64,000 nt of DNA from Nitrospirota bacterium (GCA_963733375.1 CAVTDB010000008.1:1-64000); one strand, 5' to 3'. Positions 33,111 through 44,324 are shown, counted from the first letter of the stretch. Notes: a model not told the origin generated them from the letters alone. Numbers and translations: made by a program.

Positions 33111-33500
33111 TTATTTTTCGAGTAGTTCCCGGAGCCATGCGGGCGGCCTGACAGGTTTTCCCTGCCTGTCGACGAATGCATGTTGCGTCATCCCTTGGGC
33201 AAGCTTTTCGTTATCCCGCAGTATCTCGTATTCAAATCCCAGCCGAACTCCCTTGCATTCTGAAACCGCGGTCCTGATTGTGAGCAGGTCGTCATATCGC
33301 GCCGATTTCAGGTACTTGCATGACGCCTCGATCACCGGGAGGTAATATCCCTCGTCTTCCAGTTCTCTGTATGGCCTGCCGAGGGAGCGTATCAGCTCCG
33401 TCCTGCCGATTTCAAAATAAGTCAGGTAGTTGCCGTAATAGACAAAACCCATCTTGTCCGTCTCGGCGTAGGTTACACGGTGCGGGAAATCGAAGCTCAT
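33111..33500 (-). CDS. YbgC/FadM-like acyl-CoA thioesterase
   Basis: RVTYAETDKMGFVYYGNYLTYFEIGR. Confidence 0.9.
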   Translation of the reverse strand: MSFDFPHRVTYAETDKMGFVYYGNYLTYFEIGRTELIRSLGRPYRELEDEGYYLPVIEASCKYLKSARYDDLLTIRTAVSECKGVRLGFEYEILRDNEKLAQGMTQHAFVDRQGKPVRPPAWLRELLEK

Positions 33501-33612
33501 CCTACGCCCCTCCCCTGAACAGATTCCATCAGCCTGCGTACCTGGGCAAGCTTTACTACACGGCATCTTATAGTGCGTTGTCGGAAGGGGTATTGGCCAG
33601 CAGGACGCGCAT

Positions 33613-34502
33613 TTACTTGTAGCCCATTTCCCTTAAAGCGCCCGGCTTCTCGCGCCAGTCCTTCTTCACTTTTACCCAGAGTTCCAGGTATATCTCGGAG
33701 CCGAGCAGCCGCTCGATATCCTTCCTCGCCGCCTGGCCTATTTTTTTAAGCATCTGTCCGTTCGCGCCGATTATGATTCCCTTGTGCGAGTCCTTTTCGA
33801 CATATATATCCGCGCGTGTATATATTTTATCGCCATGCTCCTTCATCTCTTCCACGAGGACCGCCGTCGAATACGGCACCTCGTCCTTTGTCATCCGGAA
33901 TATCTTCTCCCGGATAATCTCGGCGGCGATAAACCTCTCCGGCTGCTCCGTCATCTCGTCTTCAGGATAATATTGCGGCCCTTCAGGGAGATAATCGATT
34001 ATGGTCTTCCTAAGGTCGGGCAGGTTTTTTCCTTTAAGCGACGAGACGGGGATTATTTCCGCAAAATCATATATGGAAGAATATTTATTTATGAGCGGAA
34101 GGAGCGCGTCCTTCTGCACCAGGTCTATCTTGTTTATCACGAGGAAGACCTTCGTCCTCAGGCCCTTCAGGAATTCGATTATCTCTTTCTCGGCCTCGCC
34201 CGGATTTTTATCCGCCTCCGCCATGAACAGCACGATATCGACTTCCGAGCACGCCTCTTTCGCCACCTTCACCATATACTCGTTCAGGCGGCCTTTCGGC
34301 TTGTGCAGGCCCGGCGTGTCCAGGAATATCACCTGCGCCTCTCGGGCAGGGTGAGGATGCCTGTCACGCGGTTCCGGGTGGTCTGGGGTTTATCGGATAC
34401 GATGGAAATCTTCTCCCCGACCAGCGCGTTTAAAAGGGTGGATTTCCCTACGTTCGGTCTCCCGATAATCGACACGAACCCGGAGTAAAATGCTTTTTTC
34501 AT
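33613..34502 (-). CDS. era: GTPase Era (frameshift ~34340)
   Basis: [49 protein letters not shown]. Confidence 0.97.
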
Positions 34503-34515
34503 TTCCATCTGTTTT

Positions 34516-35116
34516 TTATTTCCATCTCTTGTATAAATTATTGTCTATTCCCAGCAGGTCCAGCGCCCGCCCGGCCAACTGGTCTATTATATCCTGAATC
34601 GTCTTTGGTTTGTTGTAAAATCCGGGCATGGCGGGGAGGATATGGACGCCCAGGCGGGCAAGTTTCAGCATGTTCTCCAGGTGTATCGCGGAAAGCGGCG
34701 TCTCGCGCGCCATTAACACCAGCGGGCGGCGCTCCTTCAGCATCACGTCCGCCGCGCGTTCGATCAAGTTATTCGCGTATCCGTTTGCGACTCCGGCAAG
34801 GGTCTTCATGGAGCACGGCGCGATTACCATCCCGGCCGTCCCGAAGGAGCCGCTCGCAATCGGCGCATACATGTCGTCTTCGGGATAGAAGCTGAGCAAA
34901 TCTCCCTTGAGCTTCAAGGCGTCCGCGATTATCTTCGCGGCGGCGTTTCCGCTCTCTGCCGGAGATATCCACGCCCGTCTCGTCTTTCATTATAGAGACG
35001 CCTTCGCGGCTGGCGGTGATTATCACTTCATGCCCCGCATCCGCAAGCCCGCGAATCACCGCAAGCCCGTACGCGCTCCCGGAAGCCCCGCTGACGGCAA
35101 CGATATATTTAGACAT
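34516..35116 (-). CDS. ubiX: flavin prenyltransferase UbiX (frameshifted)
   Basis: [34 protein letters not shown]. Confidence 0.93.
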
Positions 35117-35125
35117 AAGATGGCA

Positions 35126-35164
35126 CCCTCACCCCCGACCCCTTCCCGTAAAGGGCGAGGGAGA
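35126..35164. repeat. family B REP-like hairpin (ubiA-ubiX)
   Basis: CCCTCACCCCCGACCCCTTCCCGTAAAGGGCGAGGGAGA. Confidence 0.7.
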
Positions 35165-35171
35165 AAAAAAG

Positions 35172-36026
35172 TCACTTTATAAATACCGCGCCCGCCGTGA
35201 AGATGAATATCGTGACGCTGATGTAGCCGTTCATGTTGAAGAACGCCGCGTCCAGCTTCCTTAAATCCCCGCCACGGATAAGCATATGCTCATACACCAG
35301 CATACAAGACGCCGCGAACACTCCTATGAGATAAACGAAATTGAGCCCCAGAAGCCTGTATATCGCGAGAAGCCCGGCTATCGCCAGCGCGTGCAGGAGG
35401 CGCGAAACCCATAAGGACTTATTTATCCCAAGATAACGCGGGATGGAGTGCAGGCCCTCGTTTCTGTCAAACTCCAAATCCTGCAGGGCGTACAGGATGT
35501 CGAACCCGGCGACCCACGCAAGGACCGACAGCGCGAGGATAACGACCGGTAAATCAATCGTCCCCCGGATTGCGGCCCACGCGCCGACCGGGGCCAGGCC
35601 AAGCGCCAGGCCCAGGAAGAGGTGCGATGCCCAGGTGAAGCGTTTCGTGACGGAATAAAAAGTCAGGACGGCTATGACCACCGGCGAGAGTTTGAAACAT
35701 AAAGGGTTCAGCATATATGCCGCCAGTACCAGCAGGGCGTATGATGCCAGGCTGAATATCCCGACCTGCGCCTTTGTCAGAAGTCCGGCAGGTATCGCGC
35801 GCGTCTTCGTCCGCGGGTTCCTTGCGTCGATCTCCGCGTCCAGCAGGCGGTTCATCCCCATCGCGCCGGAGCGCGCGCCGACCATCGCGACCATTATCCA
35901 AAGTATCTGCCGCCACGTCGGAAGCCCGTCCGCCGCAAGTACCGCGCCCGTGAACGCGAACGGCAGCGCGAATATCGTGTGCGGGAACTTTATCATCTCC
36001 AGGATTATTTTAATGCGGTTGATCAT
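35172..36026 (-). CDS. ubiA: UbiA-family polyprenyltransferase (MqnP-like, menaquinone)
   Basis: IKFPHTIFALPF, NRLLDAEIDARNPRT, GFDILYALQD, AFFNMNG. Confidence 0.93.
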   Translation of the reverse strand: MINRIKIILEMIKFPHTIFALPFAFTGAVLAADGLPTWRQILWIMVAMVGARSGAMGMNRLLDAEIDARNPRTKTRAIPAGLLTKAQVGIFSLASYALLVLAAYMLNPLCFKLSPVVIAVLTFYSVTKRFTWASHLFLGLALGLAPVGAWAAIRGTIDLPVVILALSVLAWVAGFDILYALQDLEFDRNEGLHSIPRYLGINKSLWVSRLLHALAIAGLLAIYRLLGLNFVYLIGVFAASCMLVYEHMLIRGGDLRKLDAAFFNMNGYISVTIFIFTAGAVFIK

Positions 36027-36399
36027 TTCTTTACTGATGAGGAGTTACATTTGCCAGTTTTTCAAAATGGGAATCGCTCGTTACAACCTTGCAGCCATAT
36101 TCAAAAGCAGTCGCATAAATTATCGCGTCCGCCATTGCCAAAGAATGTCGATACTGAAATCGGCGGCGGTCAGAGCAATTTTTTCGGTAAGGGTCATGAT
36201 TTGAGTATTTTGAATTTGTCCTGCCGCAATCAGTACCTCTTCTTCGTCATAGTTCTGCCTCAGCTTTTTATAAACCTCATAAAGGACATATGGATGGCGT
36301 AATAATCTCAGCCTTATTTTTGAAATATTGTTCAACCTGTGCTCTCATCGGGCTATCGGAGAGATATTCGAGCCAGACGGAAGAATCAAGCAGGATCAA
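36023..36399 (-). CDS. vapC: PIN-domain toxin VapC (frameshifted)
   Basis: manual translation MILLDSSVWLEYL...LYEVYKKL...LAMADAIIYATA...VTSDSHF; start overlaps antitoxin stop. Confidence 0.85.
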
Positions 36400-36605
36400 T
36401 AGCGGTCCTCATGCTCACGATAATTCGAAATGTCCATGCCTTTGAACATCCCCATCAGATTCTTGAGAGGCATCTCAGGGACCATGTGTATAACGCCTTT
36501 TTTAAAGATAAAGATAATTTTCTGCCCGCTTTTTATTCCCGCCTGTTCTCTTATCTCTTTTGGAATAACTATTTGATATTTTGGGGAAACTATGGCCGTG
36601 CTCAT
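36396..36605 (-). CDS. vapB: AbrB/MazE/SpoVT-family antitoxin
   Basis: VSPKYQIVIPKEIREQAGIKSGQ. Confidence 0.9.
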   Translation of the reverse strand: MSTAIVSPKYQIVIPKEIREQAGIKSGQKIIFIFKKGVIHMVPEMPLKNLMGMFKGMDISNYREHEDRY

Positions 36606-36632
36606 TCCGGGGCCTCCTAATTATCATACATT

Positions 36633-36679
36633 TATACTATCGATAGGTATATCGTAATACCAATGAGCTAAAAAGTCAA
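36633..36679 (-). promoter_or_regulatory. TA promoter and palindromic operator
   Basis: TTGACT-17-TACGAT on minus strand; palindrome TATAC-TATCGATAG-GTATA at 36633-36651. Confidence 0.6.
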
Positions 36680-36686
36680 CAGGCTG

Positions 36687-38170
36687 TTACAGCCCCAACT
36701 GCCCCCACTTCTCATCTACCCGCTTTATCACTTCCGGGTCCATCTTTATCTCGTCGGGCCATTCGCGGGTGAAGCCTTCGCCGGGCCATTTCTTCGTGGC
36801 GTCGATGCCCATTTTTGAGCCGTAGCCGAGGATCGGGGCAGGCGTGGTCCAGCACGTCCATCGGGCCGTCCACTAATACCGTGTCGCGCCTCGGGTCCAC
36901 GTGGTTCATCACTTTCCACGCGACCTCGGAGTAGTCGTGCACGTTTACGTCCTCGTCCACCACGATTATGAATTTCGACAGCATCATCATCCCCGTGCCC
37001 CAGATGTTATGCATCACCTTGCGCGCGTGGCCGGGGAAGGTTTTTTTAATTTTCACTATTACGTTATTGTGAAATACTCCTTCGACGGGGAGGTCTATGT
37101 CCAGTATGTCCGGGGCGATCATCTGGAGAAGCGGCAGGAAGATGCGCTCGGTCGCCTTGCCGATGTACGCGTCCTCCTGCGGCGGACGGCCCACGACCGT
37201 CGCGGGATAGATGCAGTCCTTCCTGTGCGTGACGCAGGTGACGTGGAAGACGGGATATAAATCCGCGAGCGAGTAATATCCGGTGTGGTCTCCGAACGGG
37301 CCTTCGACCCTGCGCTCGCCCGGCTCGACATATCCTTCCAGGACTATCTCCGCATGCGCCGGGACGCGGATATCCACCGTCTTGCACTGCACGACTTCCA
37401 GCGCCTCCTTCCGGAGGAAACCGGCGAACATATACTCGCCCACTATCGGCGGCAGGGGGGCGGTGGACGCATAAATCGTGGCCGGGTCCGCGCCGATGGC
37501 GACCGCGACCTCCATCCGCTTGCCCGCGCCCTCGTAATGCGCATAATGGCGCGCGCCGTCTTTGTGCTTGTGCCAGTGCATGCCCGTGGTGTTTTTGTCG
37601 AAGACCTGGACGCGGTACATGCCGAGGTTCGTGATCCCGGTCACCGGGTCCACCGTCGCCACCATCGGAAGCGTGACGAACGGGCCGCCGTCGCCGGGCC
37701 AGCAGGTAAGGACCGGGAACTTAGTTAAATCAACCTCGTCGCCCGTGAGCACGACTTCCTGGCACGGGGCCTTTTTCACGGTCTTCGGGAAATATGAAGA
37801 AATCTCGTTTAATTTCGGCAGGACGGAGAGCTTTTCCATGAACCCCGCGCCGGGGCCGGGGAATAGCTGGGTCGGGTCCGCCACGGCCTTTACGCGCACG
37901 CCTATCTCATCCAAGTTAGTAACCCCGAGCCCTAACGCCATGCGCTCCATGGAGCCAAGCGCGTTGGTCAGGACGGGGATCATTCGTCCCCTTTACGTTC
38001 TCGAAGAGCAGGGCGGTGTTTTTAGCCCCTTTTTCCTTGGAAACACGGTCGGTTATCTCCGTTATCTCAAGGTACGGGTCAACTTCCGCCTTAATCCGCC
38101 GGAGCAGGCCGCGGGATTCCAGGGCCGTGATAAACTCGCGCAGGTCTTTATATGCCAAAAAAGCCTCCAA
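36687..38170 (-). CDS. ubiD: UbiD-family decarboxylase (menaquinone futalosine-pathway type; frameshifted)
   Basis: [42 protein letters not shown]. Confidence 0.93.
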
Positions 38171-38229
38171 TTATTGGTCAAGAGGAGGAATTTCCTCCGG
38201 ATGCTCACTTAAAGCGCCTATCTCGCGCG

Positions 38230-38258
38230 AATATAAAGGAAAATACGAGGAAAGTCAA
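38230..38258 (-). promoter_or_regulatory. sigma70 promoter of ubiD operon
   Basis: TTGACT-17-TATATT on minus strand. Confidence 0.6.
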
Positions 38259-38279
38259 GAAAGTACCGCCCGAAACTCC

Positions 38280-38308
38280 TTGACACGAACCGGTGCTGAT
38301 AATATAAT
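38280..38308 (+). promoter_or_regulatory. perfect consensus sigma70 promoter of the lipid/polyketide cluster
   Basis: TTGACA-17-TATAAT. Confidence 0.8.
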
Positions 38309-38345
38309 CAAACCCTCCTGAAACCGGTTTTTTTCGCCTTTAATA

Positions 38346-39576
38346 ATGAGCAGGTGCATGGGCAGGGAAAGAAGAGCGGCCGTAGTCGGGCTGGGTGTGG
38401 TAAGCGCACTCGGAATGACGGTAATAGAGTTCTGGGATGGGCTTACCTCCGGGCGCTGCGGAATAGGGCCGGTCGACCTGTTCGACACCTCCTCGTACCG
38501 CACCAGCATCGGCGCGCAGGTCAAGGGCCTGGACCCGTCTATGCCATTTCACTCAAAGAGAGCTTAAAAGGATGTCCCGCTGCGACCAGCTTGGGCTGAT
38601 TGCCGCCAGGGAGGCGGTAAAGGACAGCGGCCTGGACCTTGGGACTATCGCCCCGGAGCGTGTCGGCGTGTGCCTTGGCGGCGGCGCGGGGGGGATGCTC
38701 TCCGGCGAAAAATACCGGCGCGACCTCTACCTTAAATTACGCAAGCCCCGTCCGACCCAGCTCATACCGTTCTCGCCCAGCGTCACCACGGACTACATCG
38801 CGCAGGAATTCGACTGTGAAGGCCCGCGGGCGACGGTCGTCACCGCATGCTCGTCCTCGTCCACTTCGGTTGGATACGCCGCGGACTGGATAAAAAACGG
38901 AGACGCGGACATAGTCATCACGGGCGGCAGCGACGCGATGTGCGAGCTTACTTATGCCGGGTTTAATTCGCTCCGGGCGGTGGACGACAGGCCCTGCCGG
39001 CCCTTCGACGCCGGGAGAAAAGGCCTATCGCTCGGCGAAGGCGCGGGGATACTGGTGCTGGAAGAGATGGGACGGGCGAAGGCGCGCGGGGCCAGGATTT
39101 ATGCCGAGATAGCCGGGTATGGTATAGCGGCAGACGCATATCATATGACCGCGCCCATTGCTTCCGGCGACGGCGCGGCGAGGACGATACTCGCGGCTCT
39201 TGCGGACGCGGGGATTGATACGGACGCCGTCGATTATATCAACGCGCACGGGACCGCGACTAGGTTCAACGATGCGGCGGAGGCGGCGGCGATAAAGAAG
39301 GTGTTCGGCGAGCGTGGGCGCAGCATTCCGGTAAGCTCGATTAAGTCCATGATAGGGCATTGCCTCGGTTCCGCGGGAGGGCTTGAGGCGGTTTCGACGG
39401 TACTCACGGTCTTTTCCGGGATAATACCGCCGACTATAAATTTTGAAAACCATGACCCGCAGTGCGACCTGGACTGCGTGCCCAACGATGCGCGCAAAAT
39501 GGACGTGCGGGCGGCGATATCGAACTCGCTGGCCTTCGGCGGGAACAATACGACAATCGTGGTCAGGAAAGCGTGA
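38346..39576 (+). CDS. beta-ketoacyl-ACP synthase (FabF-like, intact Cys-His-His; frameshift ~38555)
   Basis: VVGLGVVSALG, TACSSS, INAHGTAT, KSMIGHCLG, SNSLAFGGNN. Confidence 0.92.
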
Positions 39577-39615
39577 ATAGGGCCGGGGGCGTTATGAATA
39601 TCTGGCTGGACGTAC

Positions 39616-40842
39616 ATGAATAGAGTCGTAATAACCGGCATAGGCACCGTAAACGCGCTGGGGCTGGACGTCCCTTCTTTTTGGGAAGGCATAAAATCCG
39701 GGCGCTGCGCCATCGGGCGGATTTCAGGCTTCGATACGGCGCCGTTTGGCTCAAAGCTCGGCGCGGAGGTGAAGGGGTTCGAGCCGTCCAGGTTCGTAAA
39801 CCCCATGAAGCTCAGGCGCATGGACAAGCTCTCCCAGATGGCCCTTGTCTCATCCATCGAGGCGATGAAGGATGCGGGCCTGACTGCGGGTATCCTGCCG
39901 CCTGAGCGTATAGGCGTCGTAATCGGGAACGGGTACGGCGGCACTTCCTGCACGGAAGAATTCTTCGAGGGCCTGCTCATGCGCGGGCCGTCCGGGGTGA
40001 ACCCCATGCTCTTTCCCACTACCGTGCCGAATTCCGCGGCGAGCCTGACGTCGATAGAACTGAACCTGAAAGGCCCGAACTGCACGTTCTGCCAGAAAGA
40101 CATATCCGCCGAGGAAGCGGTGATATACGCGGCGGGGCTTATCCGTAAAGGCGCGGCCGATGCCGTAATCGCGGGCGGCGGCGAGGAATTGAACGACGTG
40201 ATATATCATGCGTTCGATTCGCTCGGGATACTCTCGCCCGGCAGAAAAGGCGGCGAAGAGGGCTGTTTTCCGTTCGGACGTATGAGGAACGGGAGGGTCC
40301 TTGGCGAGGGCGCAGGCGTGCTGGTGCTGGAGTCGCTGGAATCCGCAAGCAGACGCGGGGCAAGAATTTATGCGGAGGTCGCGGGCGAGGCGATATTCGG
40401 CGGACGGCCAGGCATAGCGTCCTACGGGAAAGACTTCGCCCCCGCGACAAAAGCCATGGGCGCGGCGTTATCTAAAGCGGGCATGTCGGATACCGAGGTC
40501 GATTATATATCTTCTTCCGCGAACTCCACGCCTGAGCTGGACGAACTGGAAGTGAACGCGATAAAGAATTTTTTCGGACAGTCCGCCGTACGCATCCCTA
40601 TAAGCGCGATAAAGCCCATGACCGGCGATTTCGAAGGCATGGGAGGCGTCCGCCTTGTCGCCTCCGTACTGGCGATGGAGAACTCGTTTATCCCGCCGAC
40701 TCTGAACCAGACGGAACCGGAGGAGTGGTTTAACCTGGACTGCGTCCCCGGTAAGGGCAGGGAGAAAGACCTGAAGAACGTGATGCACCTGGCAATCGGC
40801 AACGGCGGCGCGTGCGCATGCATAATACTTAAAAAAGCATGA
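39616..40842 (+). CDS. ketosynthase-like chain-length-factor protein lacking catalytic residues
   Basis: RVVITGIG and LGEGAG retained; QKDISA, SSSANST, GDFEG replace Cys/His/His motifs. Confidence 0.85.
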   Translation: MNRVVITGIGTVNALGLDVPSFWEGIKSGRCAIGRISGFDTAPFGSKLGAEVKGFEPSRFVNPMKLRRMDKLSQMALVSSIEAMKDAGLTAGILPPERIGVVIGNGYGGTSCTEEFFEGLLMRGPSGVNPMLFPTTVPNSAASLTSIELNLKGPNCTFCQKDISAEEAVIYAAGLIRKGAADAVIAGGGEELNDVIYHAFDSLGILSPGRKGGEEGCFPFGRMRNGRVLGEGAGVLVLESLESASRRGARIYAEVAGEAIFGGRPGIASYGKDFAPATKAMGAALSKAGMSDTEVDYISSSANSTPELDELEVNAIKNFFGQSAVRIPISAIKPMTGDFEGMGGVRLVASVLAMENSFIPPTLNQTEPEEWFNLDCVPGKGREKDLKNVMHLAIGNGGACACIILKKA

Positions 40843-42273
40843 AACCTTTTTATGACATAGCCGTAATCGGCGCGGGTATAGGCGGCCTCACGGCCGGCGC
40901 GTTACTTGCGAAGAAGGGTTATTCCGTCGCGGTATTCGAGGCCGGCGACGTACCGGGCGGCTATTGCACCACATTCAGACGGCGCGGCTTTACGTTCGAC
41001 TCCTGCCTGGACGCAGTAAGCGGGTGGGGAGAGGACGGCTGGCTCCGTAAGATATTTCACAAGCTGGGTATTGAAAACCGTGTGGAACTGCTGCGGCTCG
41101 ACCCTCTGCGGGTGGATAATTTCGCCGGAGATATAGTGAACGTGCCGGGGACTATCCCGGAGCTGATAAACCTCCTTTACGGCATAGCGCCAAAAGAAAA
41201 AGAAGGCATATTAAGCCTGCTGGATGCAATGGAGGAAATCTACCGGACCGCGATGGCGACGCCGCCTGAAATGCTTTACACCTGCTCTACGATAAAAGGC
41301 GCGGCCGGGAAATACAGGGGAAGGTCATATAAAGAGCTTCTCGATGAATTTATAAAAGACCCGAAGGCGAGAGCGGTGATGTGCGACAGATGCGCTTTTC
41401 TGGGCCTTCCGCCGTCGAAGGTATCCGCAATCGCCATGACCATAATGTTCATGACATATGCCGTGGGCGGCGGCTACAGGATAAAAGGCGGAGCAGGCAA
41501 CCTGACGGCCGCGCTCGCGGGGGCGCTTCGGGAAAATGGCGGAGAGCTGCACGTGAAGGCGCCGGTTTCCAAAATCCTGACGGACGGCGGGAGGGCATGC
41601 GGCGTGGCGGTTCCGGGATGCGAAGTCCGGGCGAATGCGGTAATATCGGCGGCGGACGCGGCTGAGGCTTGCAGGATGGCCGGTATCGATATCGAAACGA
41701 GAACACCGTCGATAAGTTTCTTTATGGTTTATCTGGGCCTGAAGGATGCGCCGCCTGTCCCTGACAGCATGGGGTATTATCCCGGATATGATATAGAGGC
41801 CACTTTTGGCGACGTGGCGCATGATATAGCCTCGCCGAACGCCTCGCTTGAAATAATAAATTACTCCGGCCTGAGCCCGGAAATGGCGCCGGAGGGCCAT
41901 GCGTCCGTAATGCTGATGTCGAAGGCGAAGTATGTATATTCGATGCCGTGGAAGAAGTGCAAATACCGTGAGTCGGAGAAGCTGATTGCGCTTGCGGAGC
42001 GGGCGGTCCCAGGGCTTAAGGGATTCGATAATATTTAAGGAACCGGCGACGCCGCCGACACTGGAAAGATATACCGGCAACTCGCTCGGCGCGGCGTTTG
42101 GCTGGGAACAGGACGTGCGCAATGCAAGGACTTCTTCCCGCCCGCGCCTGCCGGGGCTGTATTTCGCCGGGCACTGGACATATCCGGGAGGCGGCATAGA
42201 ATCGGTCGCGGCCTCCGGCCTCGCGGCGGCGGAGGGCGCGGCGGCCTGGATAAATAAAGAGGCGTTCAATTGA
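40839..42273 (+). CDS. phytoene-desaturase-family FAD oxidoreductase (frameshift ~42030)
   Basis: VIGAGIGGL, PGGYCTTFRRRGFTFD, TPPTLERYTGN, LYFAGHWTYPGGG. Confidence 0.88.
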
Positions 42274-42698
42274 AATTCCATGAGAGTGAAATCCGCGTCC
42301 GTTTCTACGAGGCCGATTCATGGGAGATGGCCTGGCATGGCCATTACGTGGGCTGGTTCGAGGCCGGCCGCATAGGGCTTGCAAAGGAGTTCGACCTGAT
42401 GCCCGCGCGGTTCACGGAGCTTGGGCTTTACGCGCCGGTTATAAGCCTGAAGGTGGATTATAAAGCGATGGGGAAGTTCGACGACCTGATAGTCATTCGA
42501 ACTGCCGTAAAAGTTCCGACAAAGGCCGCGCTCGAATTCATCTACGAGGCCATCAGGAAGGAAGACGGGAAACTTCTGGCAACCGGCGAGACGACACAGG
42601 TGCTGGTGAATAAAAAAGGGGAACTTATATATATAATCCCCGAGCCGCTGAAGTCCCGCGTGGATGAGATGGTAAAATTCTGCAACGGGGAAACATGA
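42270..42698 (+). CDS. hotdog-fold acyl-CoA/ACP thioesterase
   Basis: RVRFYEADSWEMAWHGHYVGWFEAGR. Confidence 0.88.
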   Translation: MKFHESEIRVRFYEADSWEMAWHGHYVGWFEAGRIGLAKEFDLMPARFTELGLYAPVISLKVDYKAMGKFDDLIVIRTAVKVPTKAALEFIYEAIRKEDGKLLATGETTQVLVNKKGELIYIIPEPLKSRVDEMVKFCNGET

Positions 42699-44323
42699 AG
42701 GTACTTTTAGCGGACCCGCCGCATTTAATCTGGGACCTGATGAAGGGATGGGTGCCGAACCCCGCCCTCCTTGCGCTCGGCGCATATCTGGAGCGCGAGT
42801 TCGATACGCGGGTCATGGACTGCACCGTGATGCCCGACCCCTGGAGGGACCTGGAGCGGGAGGTTGCAGAGTTTAAGCCTCAGGTGGTGGGGCTGTGCTG
42901 CATCGGCACGACCTATCTCTACGACTCCCTGAACGCGGCGAAACTCGTGAAGATGGTAAGCCCGGGCACGAAGGTCATCATCGGCGGGACCCATCCGACC
43001 CTTGCGCCGGAAGAGGTCCTGGCGCTTGGGCCGGACGTGGATTTCTGCTGTGTCGGCGAAGGGGAAGAAACACTGGCGGAGTTTGTCCGCGCCGTAAGCG
43101 GCGGAGAAAAAGATTTCTCGAATATAAAAGGGCTTGCCTTCCGCGACGGTTCCCAGGTGATTAAGACACAGGCGCGTCCCTTCATCGAAGACCTGGACTC
43201 GCTCCCGATACCCGCATACCACAGGGTCCCGATGGGAAACCCGCTTTATACGATCGACGTGCTGGGGCCGAAATGCGTGGTCGCCGCATTCTCCCGCGGC
43301 TGCGGGTACAAATGCACCTTCTGCACGGAGACTCTCAGGTGGGGAAACCGCTGGCGTGGGAAATCGGCCTGGAAGATGGTGGAGGAGATCGAACTCCTCC
43401 AGAAAAATTACGGCATCAAGACTTTTCTACTGGGCGACAACGACTTTCTCTGGGACAGGAAACGCAACTTAGAGTATTGCGAGCTGATGGAGAAGAAAGG
43501 CCTCAAGGCGAACCTCTGGGTGCAGGCGAGGCCGGACCATATCCTCCGGGACCGCGAGCTGATACCGAGGCTCAAGAAGATCGGCCTCTTTGAAATACTG
43601 CTGGGGATTGAATCGTTCGACCAGAAGATGGTGGATACCTGGGACAAGCGCGAGGAAATCCAGACCATGATAGAGGCGATCAGCCTGCTAAAAAAGAACG
43701 GCGTCATGGTCATGACCAACCTCATGTTCGGGCATTGGAACGACGACAGGAAAACCATCGACAACCTCGTGACGTCGGCAAAGAAATATTCGGACTTCTT
43801 CGCGCTCTCGATCGCGACGCCTTTCCCCGGTACTCAATTTTATAAAGAGGCGAAGGAACAGGGGAGGATCGAGGAAAACGATTACAGGAAGTTCGACTGG
43901 AACAACCCCGTGATGTCCACGAAACACCTGACGCGTAAAGAGGTCGGAAGGCTTCACGGGCTGGCTTTCGGGAAATTTTACGCAAGGCCCAAGACCCTGT
44001 TCCAGGCGTTATTCTCCACAAACCCTTACATCCGGAAATTATATAAATCGTTTGCGACGTATCTCTTCCGCAAGCTTATAAAGAGGCCGTGGAAACAGCC
44101 CGGGTTCATGCTGTTCGATAACTACCTCCTGAAGCGGGCGGGTAAACTGAAAATGGTGAAGGCGTCGGGCCAGCGGGAGAAGTGCGACATATGCGGCGTC
44201 AAGGTCGGGTTGTATTCCGGATACCGGTGCAGCAACCCTGAGTGCAGGACGCTTTTCTGCCTGGACTGCAACGCCGGAGGATTTTATAAGCAGTGTCCGA
44301 ATTGCGGGAGCACCGCAGCTTAA
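42695..44323 (+). CDS. B12-binding radical SAM enzyme with C-terminal Cys-rich domain
   Basis: GGTHPT..GEGE B12 domain; SRGCGYKCTFC; TPFPGT; 8-Cys tail. Confidence 0.92.
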   Translation: MKVLLADPPHLIWDLMKGWVPNPALLALGAYLEREFDTRVMDCTVMPDPWRDLEREVAEFKPQVVGLCCIGTTYLYDSLNAAKLVKMVSPGTKVIIGGTHPTLAPEEVLALGPDVDFCCVGEGEETLAEFVRAVSGGEKDFSNIKGLAFRDGSQVIKTQARPFIEDLDSLPIPAYHRVPMGNPLYTIDVLGPKCVVAAFSRGCGYKCTFCTETLRWGNRWRGKSAWKMVEEIELLQKNYGIKTFLLGDNDFLWDRKRNLEYCELMEKKGLKANLWVQARPDHILRDRELIPRLKKIGLFEILLGIESFDQKMVDTWDKREEIQTMIEAISLLKKNGVMVMTNLMFGHWNDDRKTIDNLVTSAKKYSDFFALSIATPFPGTQFYKEAKEQGRIEENDYRKFDWNNPVMSTKHLTRKEVGRLHGLAFGKFYARPKTLFQALFSTNPYIRKLYKSFATYLFRKLIKRPWKQPGFMLFDNYLLKRAGKLKMVKASGQREKCDICGVKVGLYSGYRCSNPECRTLFCLDCNAGGFYKQCPNCGSTAA

Positions 44324-44324
44324 A

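Noticed and set aside
38247-38256. RNase P-like GAGGAAAGTC
   Set aside because: No partner strand or room for the RNA; it coincides with the ubiD -35 box
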